From Heteronotia binoei (Eukaryota): a DNA stretch of 64,000 nucleotides. The position numbers and the translations under genes are program-made. The DNA lies in contig NC_083227.1 of assembly GCF_032191835.1 (NCBI RefSeq), forward strand, positions 22,382,001-22,446,000, in the 5' to 3' direction. The notes below the pieces were generated by a model, which was not told the DNA's origin, ran no database searches, and worked only from the letters and a program-made list of their open reading frames with translations. How positions within the stretch are numbered: the first letter of the stretch is position 1; every line of letters begins with the position of its first letter. Shown here in pieces: positions 61,630-64,000 of this stretch.

Positions 61630-62560
61630 CATGTTGTGCAAACTGCCAACCTTCCACCAGGCACAAAATCCAATGCAGGGTTATAGGGTGGGGGAGACTT
61701 GTCTTTGTAGTAGTATGTGCAAAAAGGATCTAGGGGTCTTAATAGGTCATACACTAAACATGACTCAACAGTGTGATGCAGTGGCTAAAAAGGCAAATGC
61801 GATTTTGGGCTGTATTAGCAGAAGTGTAGTGTCCGGATCACATGAAGTGATGACTGGAGAAGGCAATGGCAAACCACCCCGTAAAAAGTCTGCCATGAAA
61901 ATGTTGTGAAAGCAATGTCACCCCAGAAATGACTGGTGCTTGGCTGCACAGCTTTACCTTTTTTTGTTTACTGAGCAGGGTGTAAGTTTTAGGGTAACCC
62001 AGGAAGCCTCTGCAGAAAGAAATGTTTAAAGCAGAAAGTGGAGTCCCTCAAGGATCTGTTCCGGGGCCTGTTTTGTTCAACATCTTTATAAGTTATTTGG
62101 ATGAAGGAATAGAGGGAATGCTTATTAAATGTACAGATGGTACTAAATTGGGAAGGGTTGCAAATACAGTAGAAGACAATATACAGGATCTTGACAGGCT
62201 GGAAAACTCAGCTAAAACCAATAAAATGAATTTTTTACAATGCAAAGTTATGCATTTAGGTAGGAAAAATCCAGCACATGGTTATAGAACGGGGGAGACT
62301 TGTTTGCCAGTTGTATGTGCGAAAAGGATCTAGGGGACTTAGTGTACCGTATGCTGAACATGAGTCAACAATGTGATGCGGTGGCTTAAAAGGCAAATGC
62401 AGTTTTGGGCTGTATTAACAGAAGTGTAGTGTCCAGATCACATGAAGTGATAGTATCATTTTGCTCTGCTCTGGTAAGACCTCACCTGGAGAATTGTTCA
62501 GTTTTGGGCACCAAATTTTAAGAAGGATATAACTAAACTGGAACCGGGGTCCGCACATGC
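61630..62560 (+). mobile_element. Two CR1 RT fragments
   Basis: SGVPQGSVPGPVLFNIFISYLDEGIEG. Segments 61640-61850 and 62260-62450 are homologous. Confidence 0.85.
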
Positions 62561-64000
62561 AAGTTGGCAAGGTAGGCATTTGTCTAACTCAGTAAACTTT
62601 CCAGAAGGATCTGGCTGCAAGTTGGCTTCTCCCCAACCCCTGCCATGCCGATCTGAAGCCCCTACAGCAGGGGTGGCCAACGGTAGCTTTCCAGATGTTT
62701 TTTGCCTACAACTCCCATCAGCCCCAGCCATTGGCCATCCTGGCTGGGGCTGATGGGAGTTGTAGGCAAAAACATCTGGAGAGCTACTGTTGGCCACCCC
62801 TGCCCTATAGTAAAAATACTGCTCTTGTTCAGAGTGGCGGCAAGTGGTGTTGAGCAAAGGGGGCAGACTGGAGACTCTCCAATGGAGGGGCCATACAGAT
62901 GGAAGGGGGATTGAATGGGCGGCCTCCCCCCCCCCCCCATGGCTACGGGCCTGACCGACATGCCAAAAGACTGCTCAAGGGAAATATAGGAAACAGCTTT
63001 AGTTGGGAAGACCACAACATAAGAACATAAGAAAAACCATGTTGGATCAGGCCAGTGGCCCATCCAGTCCAACACTCTGTGTCACACAGTGGCCAAAAAA
63101 CCCAAGTGCCATCAGGAGGTCCACCAGTGGGGACAGGACACTAGAATCCCTCCTGCTGTGTCTCCCCCCCCCAAACACCAAGAGTACAGAGCATCACTGC
63201 CCCAGACAGAGTTCCAACAATACGCTGTGACTAATAGCCGCTGATGGACCTCTGCTCCATATGTTTATCCAGTCCCCTCTTGAAGCTGGATGTCTTATGT
63301 TAAAGTAACATCCTTAAGGGTTCACGCACACAGCTAGGCCTGACTGAGAAGAAATAGACAGAAGAGCTACCAACATTCCAGTTTTTTCAATAACATAAAC
63401 ATAACTTGCACTATGCTTTACTGAATCTGTATGGTGTTTCTAAGCAATAGAGGTGCCAAGCCCAATTCAAGAAATATCTGGAGACTTTGGGGGCGGAGCT
63501 AGGAGCCAGGTTGTGACAAGCATAACTGAACTCCTAAAGGGCTTTTGGCCATCACATTTAAAGGGACCACACACCTTTTAAATCCCTTTCCTCTTCTATT
63601 GGATATAATGGATAGGGGCACCTTCTTTTGGGGCTCCTAGAACTGGACCCCCTAGTCTAATCTTTTCGAAACTTGGTGGGTGAGGAGAGGCACTGGATGC
63701 TCTGCTACAAGTTTGGTGCCTCGACCTCAAAAAACTGCCCCCACAGAGCCCCAGGTACCTGCACATCATTTCTCTATTACATCCTATGAGAATCCATCTC
63801 CATAGGGAATCATGGAGTACCCAGTAGAGTCTAGACCAGGGGTGGCCAACGGTAGCTCTCCAGATGTTTTTTGCCTACAACTATCAGCCCCAGCCATTGG
63901 CCACGCTGGCTGGGGATGATGGGAGTTGATGATGGGATGATTGGCCACCCCTGGACTAGACCTTTCCCCCTCCCCTGCTTTCTGATAACCCTGAAGCAGG

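Noticed and set aside
1-64000. CRISPR-like arrays, rRNA or prokaryotic systems
   Set aside because: The sequence is intron-containing vertebrate DNA. The periodic repeats are 84-bp finger units, minisatellites or TE copies, without repeat-spacer structure.

Overview
Vertebrate, repeat-rich genomic DNA. The SINE, LINE and hAT repertoire points to a squamate, most likely a gecko; this is an inference. The window is part of a C2H2 zinc-finger gene cluster. Exons were joined by hand using splice consensus and phase. Gene 1 is on the minus strand (10203-9400, 7611-7485, 2661-1697; SCAN + 7 intact fingers + 1 degenerate; ~631 aa). Gene 2 is on the minus strand (23890-23057, 21151-21040, 19113-18374; SCAN + 7 fingers; ~561 aa). 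Gene 3 is on the plus strand (32556-33305, 36192-36282, 38933-39723; SCAN + 5 fingers; ~543 aa). Genes 2 and 3 are head-to-head. Gene 4 is a plus-strand KRAB-ZNF locus in which two [ACTACATTTCCCAGAA promoter + short exon 1 + KRAB-A exon] modules (45.2-48.7 kb and 49.2-52.9 kb) precede one 19-finger exon (55931-57837). A third promoter/exon-1 module follows at 59.8-60.0 kb. The remainder is CR1, L2, L1-like, BovB and Penelope fragments, tRNA-derived SINEs and several hAT MITE families with 8-bp TSDs, often nested. Most notable: the two-KRAB/one-array architecture; a templated-insertion scar at 20260-20800; TE insertions inside the 3' splice sites of two linker exons; and a 96-bp-arm Penelope hairpin carrying hammerhead-ribozyme core remnants. 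No database searches were run, so family names and repeat boundaries are approximate and no orthologue symbols are assigned.
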